Assembly: GCA_041686095.1 (NCBI GenBank)
Contig: JAWLEN010000001.1
Coordinates: 35,471 to 99,470 of the forward strand
Direction of reading: 5' to 3'
Length of the DNA: 64,000 nt
Source: Candidatus Aminicenantes bacterium
Lineage (GTDB): Bacteria > Acidobacteriota > Aminicenantia > Aminicenantales > Aminicenantaceae
Below the pieces are notes generated by a model that saw only the letters and a program-made list of their open reading frames with translations, was not told the DNA's origin and did no database searches. How positions within the stretch are numbered: the first letter of the stretch is position 1; the number at the start of each line of letters is the position of its first letter. Positions 40,189 through 48,922 of this stretch are shown here, one piece after another. The translations under genes and the position numbers were made by a program.

Positions 40189-42543
40189 ATGAAAAAATTT
40201 TTGGTGAGTATTTTGGTTTTAGTTTTTCTAATAATCCTTCTATATAACCTGAACGCAGAGATATATTATCCTTGGAAAAATGTATTCATAGGAGCTTTAG
40301 CCTCTAACAATTGGGCGGGTCTGGTATTTATCCCTGAAAAAGAAAATGTTTTTGGTTTTAGGATTGTGGCTAAAAAAGAAAATAAAACAGCCGAAGGAAT
40401 AGACTTTCTCTATCTTATTTCAGAAGTGGGCCCTCATGCTCCTGATGGTTCGTACGCCCGAGTTAAAATGGATCTGGGACTTGCTTTGGAAAGGGGAGAA
40501 GACACTCCTATTCTGAAAAAGCCTTCTAAAAAATCAGAAACCCTCATTTTTGAATGGTCTAGAAAGGATGAAAAAACAGTCATAGGCAAGATTTCCATTC
40601 CTAAAGATGTGGAGATACAAATCATCCATTATTTTCCATGGAATCTTAGCGGAGAATACACTCTTTTAGAGGATGGTCAAATTAAAGGAATCAGTTCTTC
40701 TCAAAAATATCATTATTTATTCTGGCCGCAGGTAAAAGGGCAACCTCTAACTTCAACAAAAAAAGAATTGGGCCTTTCCTATCTATCAGAAGAAACAAGA
40801 GAAATCTACTTCACAGCTGGGATTGAGGAGGATGTTCAGAGTCTAAACAGCCGATTACTGAGTTACAAAAACACAAAAACCATAGAATCATTGCTGAATG
40901 AAGAACAAAAAAGATATGAAAAAAGAAGAGTCAAAATAAATGGGTTTTATGAAGGAGTAGCCAGAGCTGTGACCAATAATCTTTTCTGGATGACTCTTTA
41001 TCAGCCAGGTGAACACAGATTTTATATTCCAGCAGGAAGAAGATGGATTTTCCCAAAGCCAGACGGAACCAAAGATTTGTGGACACTATTTGAATGGGAT
41101 TCTTTTTTCAATGCCCTTCAGACATCTATAGAAAGCTCTAAGCATTCCCAGGATATCTTAAAATCAGTTCTCCAAACACAATACCCCAATGGGAATATTC
41201 CTAACTGGAGGAGTGAATCCGGAGGCACTCCTGACCGGTCCCAGCCTCCTGTCGGAGCCTATGTGGTGTATAAAATATTTCAGAAATTAGGAGATATGAA
41301 TATACTTGAATCTTCTTATTCAATTTTAAAAAAATGGCATTCATTCTGGAAAGATAAAAACCTCTCGGGAATTCCGCGGAGGGATGGGAATCAAGACGGC
41401 CTTTTGGAATGGGGATCAGATACGGAACTGGTTTCAAAAAATCCCCCTTCCTGGGAACAAAACGTACTGGGGCGAAAACGAGCTATGTGGGAATCAGGAC
41501 AGGATGACCTTCCTAACTGGGATGAAACATCATTTATCGAACATACCGGAACATTAAATATGAACTGTCTTGACTTAAACTGTCTTTATGCTCTGGATGC
41601 TTATTGTTTGGCTCAAATAGCGAATGTTCTCAAATTAAATCAAGAATATAAAGAATATATGAATGAATACAGAGAGATGAAAACATTGATAAACCAGATG
41701 CTTTGGAATGAAAGTGAAGGATTCTATTATGATCGTTACTGGAACGGAACTTTTTCTACCCAAAAGGCGGCCTCCAATTTTTATCCCCTTATAGCAGGCA
41801 TTCCTGATGATGAACAAGCCAGAAAAATGATTGCTCATCTTCTTGATGATGAGGAATTTTGGGGAGAATATATCATTCCAACTATTTCCAGGGATAATCC
41901 AGCGTTTGATGATCAACAGTACTGGAGAGGTTCTATTTGGCCTCCCTCTAATTATTTAATCTATCAAGGTCTGAAAGCCTATGGATTTGACGCAGTGGCC
42001 TCGGAATTCGCATTTAAAAGCTCATCTCTTTTTATGAGAACATGGGAAAATTATCAAATATGCCCCGAAAACTATGACTCAAGGTCCGGAGAACCGGGTG
42101 GCAAGAGATTTCAGAGCTGGGGACCTCTTTTTGCCCTCATGGCTCTTGAAGAATACATAGATTTCACTCCTTGGGAAGGATTTAGACTCGGGATGTTGGA
42201 TACAGAAGTAAAAGGAGAGCTTTCTAGAATATATATACAAGGAAGACATTACAATTTGCTTGTTTCTCCTTCTAAGCTTGTTCTGGAGGAAGAAGGAGAA
42301 AAGATCCTGTCTGTTAATGGACCTGCCGTAATAAGACATTTCCTCTATTCGAAAAATATCATATCATTCGAAATCAAATCCCTTGAAAAAAGAAAAGTAG
42401 AGTTGAATTTTCTAACAAAAGGAAAATATCAATTGACTATAGATGACCAAGCCGAAGAGATATTCAAGGGAAAGTCCACAAAATTTAAACTTCCTGATGG
42501 AGAACATTCTGTCCTCATTTTACTCTTAAAAGTCCTGGATTAA
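40189..42543 (+). CDS. Secreted (alpha/alpha)6-barrel glycoside hydrolase, GH63-like (YgjK / processing alpha-glucosidase family)
   Basis: 784 aa with a signal peptide. GH63/MGH1-like motifs: ESGQDDLPNWDE, YWRGSIWPPSNYL. Size is like E. coli YgjK. Confidence 0.5.
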   Translation: MKKFLVSILVLVFLIILLYNLNAEIYYPWKNVFIGALASNNWAGLVFIPEKENVFGFRIVAKKENKTAEGIDFLYLISEVGPHAPDGSYARVKMDLGLALERGEDTPILKKPSKKSETLIFEWSRKDEKTVIGKISIPKDVEIQIIHYFPWNLSGEYTLLEDGQIKGISSSQKYHYLFWPQVKGQPLTSTKKELGLSYLSEETREIYFTAGIEEDVQSLNSRLLSYKNTKTIESLLNEEQKRYEKRRVKINGFYEGVARAVTNNLFWMTLYQPGEHRFYIPAGRRWIFPKPDGTKDLWTLFEWDSFFNALQTSIESSKHSQDILKSVLQTQYPNGNIPNWRSESGGTPDRSQPPVGAYVVYKIFQKLGDMNILESSYSILKKWHSFWKDKNLSGIPRRDGNQDGLLEWGSDTELVSKNPPSWEQNVLGRKRAMWESGQDDLPNWDETSFIEHTGTLNMNCLDLNCLYALDAYCLAQIANVLKLNQEYKEYMNEYREMKTLINQMLWNESEGFYYDRYWNGTFSTQKAASNFYPLIAGIPDDEQARKMIAHLLDDEEFWGEYIIPTISRDNPAFDDQQYWRGSIWPPSNYLIYQGLKAYGFDAVASEFAFKSSSLFMRTWENYQICPENYDSRSGEPGGKRFQSWGPLFALMALEEYIDFTPWEGFRLGMLDTEVKGELSRIYIQGRHYNLLVSPSKLVLEEEGEKILSVNGPAVIRHFLYSKNIISFEIKSLEKRKVELNFLTKGKYQLTIDDQAEEIFKGKSTKFKLPDGEHSVLILLLKVLD

Positions 42544-43709
42544 CTTTTTCTTCCATCAGGGTCTATCAAAGGGAATTTCCAATAATAAATCAAAGTCAGA
42601 ATGCCTAGTAGTGCAAGAAGAAGAAAAGGAGAATTAATTCCGAATAGATCAGAAATAAATCCTGATACCAGGCTCACGACAGCTCCCCCCAGCATCTGGA
42701 TATCAGCAAACAAACTAAAAGCAATGTCCTGGTCTTTGTGATCGGCTGAAATACCGGTATAAGACTGAAAAGCCGGAAAAATCAAAAATAGAAACGAACC
42801 GGTAAAAATAAGACTTAACAAAGCCATTACTTGGACTTGACTCAGCCAGAGAATAAAAGAAAACAGGGTGGTTCCTGCTAAACAAATAAAACAAAGATGC
42901 CGGCGTCCTATTTTTTTAGAGAGGCCCCCATAAAAATAAGGCATTAGCGTTCCCACGGCAATCCATAAGGCCATGGATACACCTGTTTTGGCGAGAGGCA
43001 TATTGAACTTATGATTCAAAAGGGAAGGAGCGTAATAAACTGTAGTGGCCCAACATCCTCCCCCAAAAAAAATGCCTATAAAATATTTTTTTATGCTGCT
43101 CAAAGATTTGAGCCATAAGGAAAGATCAGGTCTTCTGTATGTGGCTTTAAGTCCTGAAATATGGCTCACAGAAAGAAAACTCACTCCCCCCAAAACTAAT
43201 CCTGCCGCAGCCCATATATATAGGGGAAACCTCCAATTCCAGTTCTGAGCCAGATACCCTACAGATATGAAAGCGATAAACACGCCAAAATTTCCAGATC
43301 CACTCTGCACACCCATAGCAGAATCAAGCGCGTCCATCGGATGTGCCCGAGATACAGCCGCCACTCCAAGGGGATGGTAAAAACTCAGAAAAATTCTCAT
43401 CAAAACATAAAAAACAATAAGAAGTAATAATGTTTGAGCAAAAGTCAATAAAAATATAAAAAGAGAAATTCCGCAGATGCTTATGATAAGCATGGATCGA
43501 TAAGACAAATTTTTAGAGTAATTAACAATCAAAATTTGAAAAATAAAGGTTACAAAAAGACCTAGGTATGAGAGTATTCCAATGTGGGAATATTTAGTGA
43601 TAATGAATCTCTGACTATAAAGGAGTGGAAAAATCATAGGAACAGCCACAGCGGATGCATCATTAATAAAATGAAAAAGGGAAGCAGAGAAGAGAACCTT
43701 ATTTTTCAT
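42540..43709 (-). CDS. MFS transporter
   Basis: 389 aa, about 12 TM helices. Confidence 0.6.
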   Translation of the reverse strand: MKNKVLFSASLFHFINDASAVAVPMIFPLLYSQRFIITKYSHIGILSYLGLFVTFIFQILIVNYSKNLSYRSMLIISICGISLFIFLLTFAQTLLLLIVFYVLMRIFLSFYHPLGVAAVSRAHPMDALDSAMGVQSGSGNFGVFIAFISVGYLAQNWNWRFPLYIWAAAGLVLGGVSFLSVSHISGLKATYRRPDLSLWLKSLSSIKKYFIGIFFGGGCWATTVYYAPSLLNHKFNMPLAKTGVSMALWIAVGTLMPYFYGGLSKKIGRRHLCFICLAGTTLFSFILWLSQVQVMALLSLIFTGSFLFLIFPAFQSYTGISADHKDQDIAFSLFADIQMLGGAVVSLVSGFISDLFGINSPFLLLALLGILTLIYYWKFPLIDPDGRKS

Positions 43710-43771
43710 AAGAAAATAAATCGTTTTATACTAAACTGAGAAAATCATGTCAAACTTCCCATTAAAAAATG

Positions 43772-44004
43772 TAATCATTTCCAAAACCGTGTTAGAGTCT
43801 ATTTGACAGATAAGAGGAAGGGCAAGGGATTCGTCACCCACTCGATTCCCCAGCGCGGAATCTCTCTCCCGGTTCGGGCTTCGCTCTCCTCTAAAGAGGA
43901 ACCATGCCCGCTCCGCCCTCACAGGGGATTCCTCATCCCTTGCCCTCTCCCCTTGATAAACATTATACTTCACGTGTCTATCCACGGTTTTGCAAATGCT
44001 TTCC
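43772..44004. mobile_element. MITE-like palindromic repeat, family A, full-length copy 3
   Basis: About 230 bp. Inverted arms CCAAAACCGTG...GATAAGAGGAAGGGCAAGGGATTCGTCACCC / GGGGATTCCTCATCCCTTGCCCTCTCCCCTT...CACGGTTTTG around a ~75-bp core (CGATTCCCCAGCGCGGAATCTCTCTCCCGGTTCGGGCTTCGCTCTCC...). Confidence 0.75.
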
Positions 44005-44073
44005 ATTGAAAATAAAACAGAAATAAAGTAATTTTAAAGCAAACATCAGACCAAAAGGAAAGGAGGTATTCAA

Positions 44074-45123
44074 TTGACTAAAGACATTTCTCGGAGAAAA
44101 TTTATAAAAACGGGTTTGAGTTTAAGCGCTGCATCTATGATTCTGGACAAAAAGAGAATCTTGGCCCATGAAAAACAGTCGTATAAGCCCGTAGTGATCT
44201 CAAGCGCCAATGGACTTAAAGCCACTGAAAAAGCCATGCAAATGATTAAAGAGGGAAAAGATCCTCTTGATTCAGTGATAGCTGTAGTCAATATCATTGA
44301 AAATGATCCAGAAGATGTAACGGTGGGATATGGTGGTCTTCCCAATGAACAAGGAGATGTTGAGTTGGATTCATCTGTTATGCACGGACCCACTCACAAT
44401 GCAGGAGCGGTTGGCAGTCTGAGAAATATAAAAAATCCCTCTAAAGTTGCCAAATTAGTTATGGAAAGAACAGCTCATGCCCTTATTGTAGGGGAAGGGG
44501 CCCTTGAATTTGCCAAGAGCCATGGATTTAAACAGGAAAATCTTCTTACAGAGAAGGCAAGGGAAATATGGTTGAAAAAAAAGGAAACGCTTTCTGATAG
44601 AGATTTCTGGTATCCTCCCGAATCCGAGAAAATTGATCCAGAACTTCACTCATTTATGGAATCTCATGGAACCATAAACTGCTGTGCCCTAGATACAAAA
44701 GGCGATCTCGCAGGTGTGACCACCACCAGTGGCTTTTTCTTTAAAATACCTGGGAGAGTAGGGGATTCACCCATTATTGGAGCGGGATTGTATGTAGACA
44801 ATGAGATAGGTGCGGTTGGCTCCACTGGTTTTGGAGAGGCAAATATCCTGAACTGTGGAAGCTTCACTGTTGTGGAATATATGCGCCAAGGTTATTCTCC
44901 TGAAGAAGCCTGCTTAAAAGCACTTAAGAGAATAACTGAAAAAGCAAAATTATGGTCAAACTATGTGGATAAGAATGGAATTCCCACCTTTGAATTGAAT
45001 TATTATGCTATCCATAAAAAAGGAAAGTATGGATCTGCTTCCTTATGGAAAGGCAGTAAATTTGCCGTTCATGATGGAACAGAAAACCAGCTGAAAGAAT
45101 CTGCTTATCTTTATAAAAAATAA
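44074..45123 (+). CDS. Ntn-hydrolase of asparaginase-2 family (glycosylasparaginase / isoaspartyl peptidase) with Tat signal
   Basis: SRRKFIKTGLSLSAASMIL is a Tat motif. NCCALDTKGDLAGVTTTSGFFFKIPGRVGDSPIIGAG resembles the autoproteolytic Thr-nucleophile region. Confidence 0.65.
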   Translation: MTKDISRRKFIKTGLSLSAASMILDKKRILAHEKQSYKPVVISSANGLKATEKAMQMIKEGKDPLDSVIAVVNIIENDPEDVTVGYGGLPNEQGDVELDSSVMHGPTHNAGAVGSLRNIKNPSKVAKLVMERTAHALIVGEGALEFAKSHGFKQENLLTEKAREIWLKKKETLSDRDFWYPPESEKIDPELHSFMESHGTINCCALDTKGDLAGVTTTSGFFFKIPGRVGDSPIIGAGLYVDNEIGAVGSTGFGEANILNCGSFTVVEYMRQGYSPEEACLKALKRITEKAKLWSNYVDKNGIPTFELNYYAIHKKGKYGSASLWKGSKFAVHDGTENQLKESAYLYKK

Positions 45124-45139
45124 AAAACTGCCCTTTGCC

Positions 45140-45805
45140 TTAGTCATGATATTCCACAATAAACACTTCACGACCTTGCTTCTGAAGGTCTTTTGCTGTG
45201 CTCACAGCTTCCCTTCTGGAATTAAAATGAAGTCTTACTCTGTAATAGATTCTATGAGGTGTTTTAAACTCTGATATATAAACATTTTGATATTTTTTGT
45301 CCAATTCTGATTTCAATACCAAGGCATTCTCTTTAACCAAAAAAGCTCCTACCTGAAGGGCATACTTTTGTTCATCAAGGTCCTTACAAACATGGGAAAG
45401 AACCTCAATTCGTACTGGGACCACTCCTGGTCCCACCATATCCAATACTCTAGCCGCTGCATAAGAAAGATCAATAATTCTTCCCCTTTTAAAAGGTCCT
45501 CTGTCGTTTATTCTAACTTTCACTGACTTGCCGTTGTTTAGATTCGTCACCATGACATAGGTTCCAAACGGAATGGTTTTATGAGCTGCCGTCATGTCAT
45601 ACATGTCAAAGACTTCTTTACTGGATGTTGTTCTGCCGTGAAACTTAGGTCCATACCACGAGGCCTTTCCGGTCATGACATTTGGGTAGGTTCGGTAACT
45701 TTTTTGACGGCATGAAGAGAGACAAACAAGGACTAAAATCATAAAAAAAGCATAGTATTTTAAAATTCTTTTATTCATCCTTTTTTCATGGTCACAAAAT
45801 AACAT
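45140..45805 (-). CDS. rlpA: Septal ring lytic transglycosylase RlpA (DPBB domain) with C-terminal SPOR domain
   Basis: [22 protein letters not shown]...[11 protein letters not shown] (DPBB), with a C-terminal SPOR-like tail. Confidence 0.7.
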   Translation of the reverse strand: MLFCDHEKRMNKRILKYYAFFMILVLVCLSSCRQKSYRTYPNVMTGKASWYGPKFHGRTTSSKEVFDMYDMTAAHKTIPFGTYVMVTNLNNGKSVKVRINDRGPFKRGRIIDLSYAAARVLDMVGPGVVPVRIEVLSHVCKDLDEQKYALQVGAFLVKENALVLKSELDKKYQNVYISEFKTPHRIYYRVRLHFNSRREAVSTAKDLQKQGREVFIVEYHD

Positions 45806-45852
45806 TCCTGAATCAATCCCCTTTTGAGGTGAATTTTACTCAGATTAAGGAA

Positions 45853-46584
45853 TTATAAGTGTTTAACTAAATTTTCTTTCAGTTCTGAGAAAGCTTCCTT
45901 TGGATCTGAACAAAAATGAAACAGTTCCAAATCCTCACTTGATATGGTCTCATTTTTGACCAAAGCGTCAAAGTCAATGATTTCTTTCCAGTAATCTTCT
46001 CCATAAAGCATAATATATATATCATCTTTACATACTTTCTCTGTCTGCACTAAAGTTAAAATCTCAAATATTTCATCCAAGGTTCCGAAACCTCCTGGAA
46101 GGGCAACAATAGCTCGTGCTTTGTAAGCCAGCCAAAACTTACGCATAAAAAAGTAGTGAAACTCAAAAGTAAGCTCAGGAGAGATATAATGATTGGGTTC
46201 CTGTTCCTTGGGAATAGATATGTTCATCCCGATTGATTTGCCTCCCGCCCGGCTAGCTCCTCTATTAGCTGCTTCCATAAATCCTCCGCCTCCTCCAGTG
46301 CAGATGACAAAGTGCTTCCCCTTTTCCTTTAAATCAATGGCCCATTTGGCGAGACTGTAGGCCAGCTCTTCAGCTTCCCAGTAATATTTGACCATATCAG
46401 AATTCTTGCTGTCTGGATTTATTCTTGCTGATCCAAAAAACAGAACCGTATTGTTGACTTTAAAATCCCTGAGCCTTTTCAAAGGCTCCAGATATTCACT
46501 CAAAATCCTTATAACTCTTGCATCTCTAGAGGTTAGAAATTCCAGATTTTTATAAGCTTTTATAGGAGGTTTGTTTTTATTCAT
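45853..46584 (-). CDS. LOG family protein (cytokinin riboside 5'-monophosphate phosphoribohydrolase / TIGR00730)
   Basis: VICTGGGGGFMEAANRGA and GGFGTLDE motifs. Confidence 0.7.
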   Translation of the reverse strand: MNKNKPPIKAYKNLEFLTSRDARVIRILSEYLEPLKRLRDFKVNNTVLFFGSARINPDSKNSDMVKYYWEAEELAYSLAKWAIDLKEKGKHFVICTGGGGGFMEAANRGASRAGGKSIGMNISIPKEQEPNHYISPELTFEFHYFFMRKFWLAYKARAIVALPGGFGTLDEIFEILTLVQTEKVCKDDIYIMLYGEDYWKEIIDFDALVKNETISSEDLELFHFCSDPKEAFSELKENLVKHL

Positions 46585-46636
46585 AGTGTCTTTATTCTAC
46601 ACAAAAACAGACTGTAAATAAATCCTAAGCAGCTTA

Positions 46637-46866
46637 GAAGTATATTTAAAACCGTGATAGAGTTTATTTGACCGATAAGGTGAGAGGGCAAGGGATTCGT
46701 CACCCGCTCGATTCCCCAGCGTGGAATCTCCCTCCCGTTCGGGCTTCGCTCTCCTCTAAAGAGGAACCATGCCCGCTCAGCCCTCAAGGGGATTCCTCAT
46801 CCCTTGCCCTCTCACCTTTAATATAAATTATCTTTCACGTGTATTACGGTTTTAAATATACTCACT
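46637..46866. mobile_element. MITE-like palindromic repeat, family A, full-length copy 4
   Basis: Same core and arms as copy 3. Terminal inverted repeats AGTATATTTAAAACCGT. Probable target-site duplication AGCTTA (46631-46636 and 46867-46872). Confidence 0.75.
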
Positions 46867-46932
46867 AGCTTAAATTACTTTTTGACACTAAACCAGACCT
46901 ATGATATTTAATACACAATTAAAATTTTCAAA

Positions 46933-47670
46933 ATGTCCTTTAAAAAAAACATATTAAGAAACATGACTTATCCCGGAAGGCTGATCATCCTGGGGAAAGA
47001 TATAACAGATCAATATGTGGTCGTTGTCTATGCTATCACAGGCAGGTCTCCTTCGAGCCAAGCAAGGAAAATAGAGTACTCTTCAGGCCAAGCTCTAGTA
47101 AAACCCACAGATTCACAGGAGTTAAAAAAAGGAAACATTGAACTTCTCATTTATCCTGCTGTAAAAATAAAAGAAGGCATAGCGGTCAGTAATGGAAAAC
47201 ACACCCATGATATTTTCAAAAACATAAAAAATTCATCTCACCCTGTCAGAGTTCTGGCCCCTGCTTTAGAGTTATGGGATTATGAGCCAGATGCCCCAAA
47301 TTTCACTCCCAGAATAAGCGGCTGTGTTCTCTCCGGAGAGAAAGCGGCTTTGTCCGTAATAAAAAGAGATGAAAATGGACGTTCATTAAGAAATTATTAT
47401 GAGTTTACCTTAACACCGGGAAAAGGAAAATTGATTTCAACATATACAGGGAAAAACAGGGATCCTCTCCCTTCATTCGATGGGGAGCCCCTAGACATCA
47501 AGATTCACACTCAAAATGCTGATAAGACCGCTCAATATTTCTACAATTCATTAGAACCCAAAAAAAATCATGCAGACTTAAGAGTGGCTCTGGTGTGTGT
47601 TTTTTCCCAACCGCCAAAGTTTCATAAAAGCGATGTTTCCATAATAAACCGGCAGGAAAGGAGGGGATAA
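46933..47670 (+). CDS. purO: Archaeal-type IMP cyclohydrolase
   Basis: MTYPGRLIILGKD...VVVYAITGRSPSSQARKIEY closely follows the PurO N-terminal pattern (YxGRxxxxGxxxxGxxxxxYRVSSRSFPNR-like). Confidence 0.6.
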   Translation: MSFKKNILRNMTYPGRLIILGKDITDQYVVVVYAITGRSPSSQARKIEYSSGQALVKPTDSQELKKGNIELLIYPAVKIKEGIAVSNGKHTHDIFKNIKNSSHPVRVLAPALELWDYEPDAPNFTPRISGCVLSGEKAALSVIKRDENGRSLRNYYEFTLTPGKGKLISTYTGKNRDPLPSFDGEPLDIKIHTQNADKTAQYFYNSLEPKKNHADLRVALVCVFSQPPKFHKSDVSIINRQERRG

Positions 47671-47673
47671 AAG

Positions 47674-48753
47674 ATGGAAAAGTTAGATAAACAAACCAGA
47701 CAGCAGTATAGAAGAAAGGTGAAGGAAGAATTTCCAGAAAAAATAAACATGGGAAAAACAAGCTTTATAAAAAAAATTCCCATGAGATACGGAGAAAATC
47801 CTGGATACCCTGGTGCTTTTTATCAGGAACAGGGCGCCTCTGGTCCCAACATGGCAACTCTTGAGGTTCTTAAAGAGGGGTCTAAAGGGCTGAGTTATAT
47901 AAATGTCGCTGATATGGATTTAGGTCAGAGGTTAGCGAGAAAACTTTCTTCTATCTATAAAGACAAAAAAATATGTGTTCTTATCAAACATGAGATTCCT
48001 AGTGGAGTGGCCATAGGGGATAGTCCTGAAGAAGTATTTATCAAGTCATGGAAGTGTGATCCTTTATCCAATTTTGGAAGTGTTGATGTGTTTAACTACA
48101 CCATTACTGAAGAATTGGCTGAAATCATCGTTGAAAAAGGAAGAGTGGTTGAAGTCGTGTATGCGCCTGGCTATACAGAAAAAGCTTTGGAAGTGCTTTC
48201 AACCCGAAAACCCCTTAGAATAGTCAAAATGGGTTCTTCTTTACTTGAACCAAGCAGAGATAATGATTTGGAATTCAAAAGAGTGGCAGGGGGGCTTCTT
48301 GTCCAAAAGAGATTTGATTCACGAATAACATCCCCTGATAAAATTGATGTGGTTTCTAAAAGAACTCCCTCTTCAGATGAGATTGAAGCCGCTATCTTCA
48401 ACTGGAATGTAGCCTGTTTCACCAGATCTAATGCTGTTATCATTGGACAAAAAGACAAAGTCCATGGGATTGGTTCTGGCCAGAGAAGCCGAATAGATGC
48501 GGCACAAGATGCCATCAAATTTTCTCGGAGAGGATATGGTCCTGAAAACTGCGTTATGGCCTCTGATGCATTCATGCCTTTTCCAGACGTTGTGGAACTG
48601 GCGGCTCAAAGCAATATAACTTCCATTATCTTTCCCCTGGGCTCAATAAGAGATAAAGAAGTGATTGAAAAAGCCGACGAATTGGGTCTATCCATGGTAG
48701 CCACAAAAAGCCCCAGTCAAAATGATAGTGAACGATGTTTTCTGCACCGATAA
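47674..48753 (+). CDS. purH: AICAR transformylase-only PurH (no fused IMP cyclohydrolase/MGS domain)
   Basis: MRYGENPGYPGAFY corresponds to the AICARFT xRYGENPHQ motif. 359 aa is the transformylase domain only. It immediately follows purO. Confidence 0.6.
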   Translation: MEKLDKQTRQQYRRKVKEEFPEKINMGKTSFIKKIPMRYGENPGYPGAFYQEQGASGPNMATLEVLKEGSKGLSYINVADMDLGQRLARKLSSIYKDKKICVLIKHEIPSGVAIGDSPEEVFIKSWKCDPLSNFGSVDVFNYTITEELAEIIVEKGRVVEVVYAPGYTEKALEVLSTRKPLRIVKMGSSLLEPSRDNDLEFKRVAGGLLVQKRFDSRITSPDKIDVVSKRTPSSDEIEAAIFNWNVACFTRSNAVIIGQKDKVHGIGSGQRSRIDAAQDAIKFSRRGYGPENCVMASDAFMPFPDVVELAAQSNITSIIFPLGSIRDKEVIEKADELGLSMVATKSPSQNDSERCFLHR

Positions 48754-48830
48754 GTGTGATAATAAACTTGACTTAGAAACCATTAAGTTTATAATTTAGC
48801 CATTAATATAAATATATTATGAGGAAAAAA

Positions 48831-48862
48831 ACCGCCATTTTTTTATGAATAGGTCAGGTTAG
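48831..48862. repeat. Solo terminal fragment of family-B repeat
   Basis: ACCGCCATTTTTTTATGAATAGGTCAGGTTAG matches the terminal ~30 bp of the family B copies (ATCGCCATTTTTTTATGGATAGGTCAGGCTAA). Confidence 0.55.
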
Positions 48863-48922
48863 ATATTATAATAATAAATAGAGGCATTATAGATAAAACC
48901 TCTAAAGAAAAGGAGCAATAAA

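Noticed and set aside
43731-44009. Small ORFs inside the palindromic repeats (43731-44006, 43803-44009, 46581-46787, 55682-55888 and 12217-12420)
   Set aside because: They lie entirely within repeated non-coding elements. They occur on both strands of the same palindrome, have no RBS and have low-complexity translations, so they are artefacts of repeat structure.
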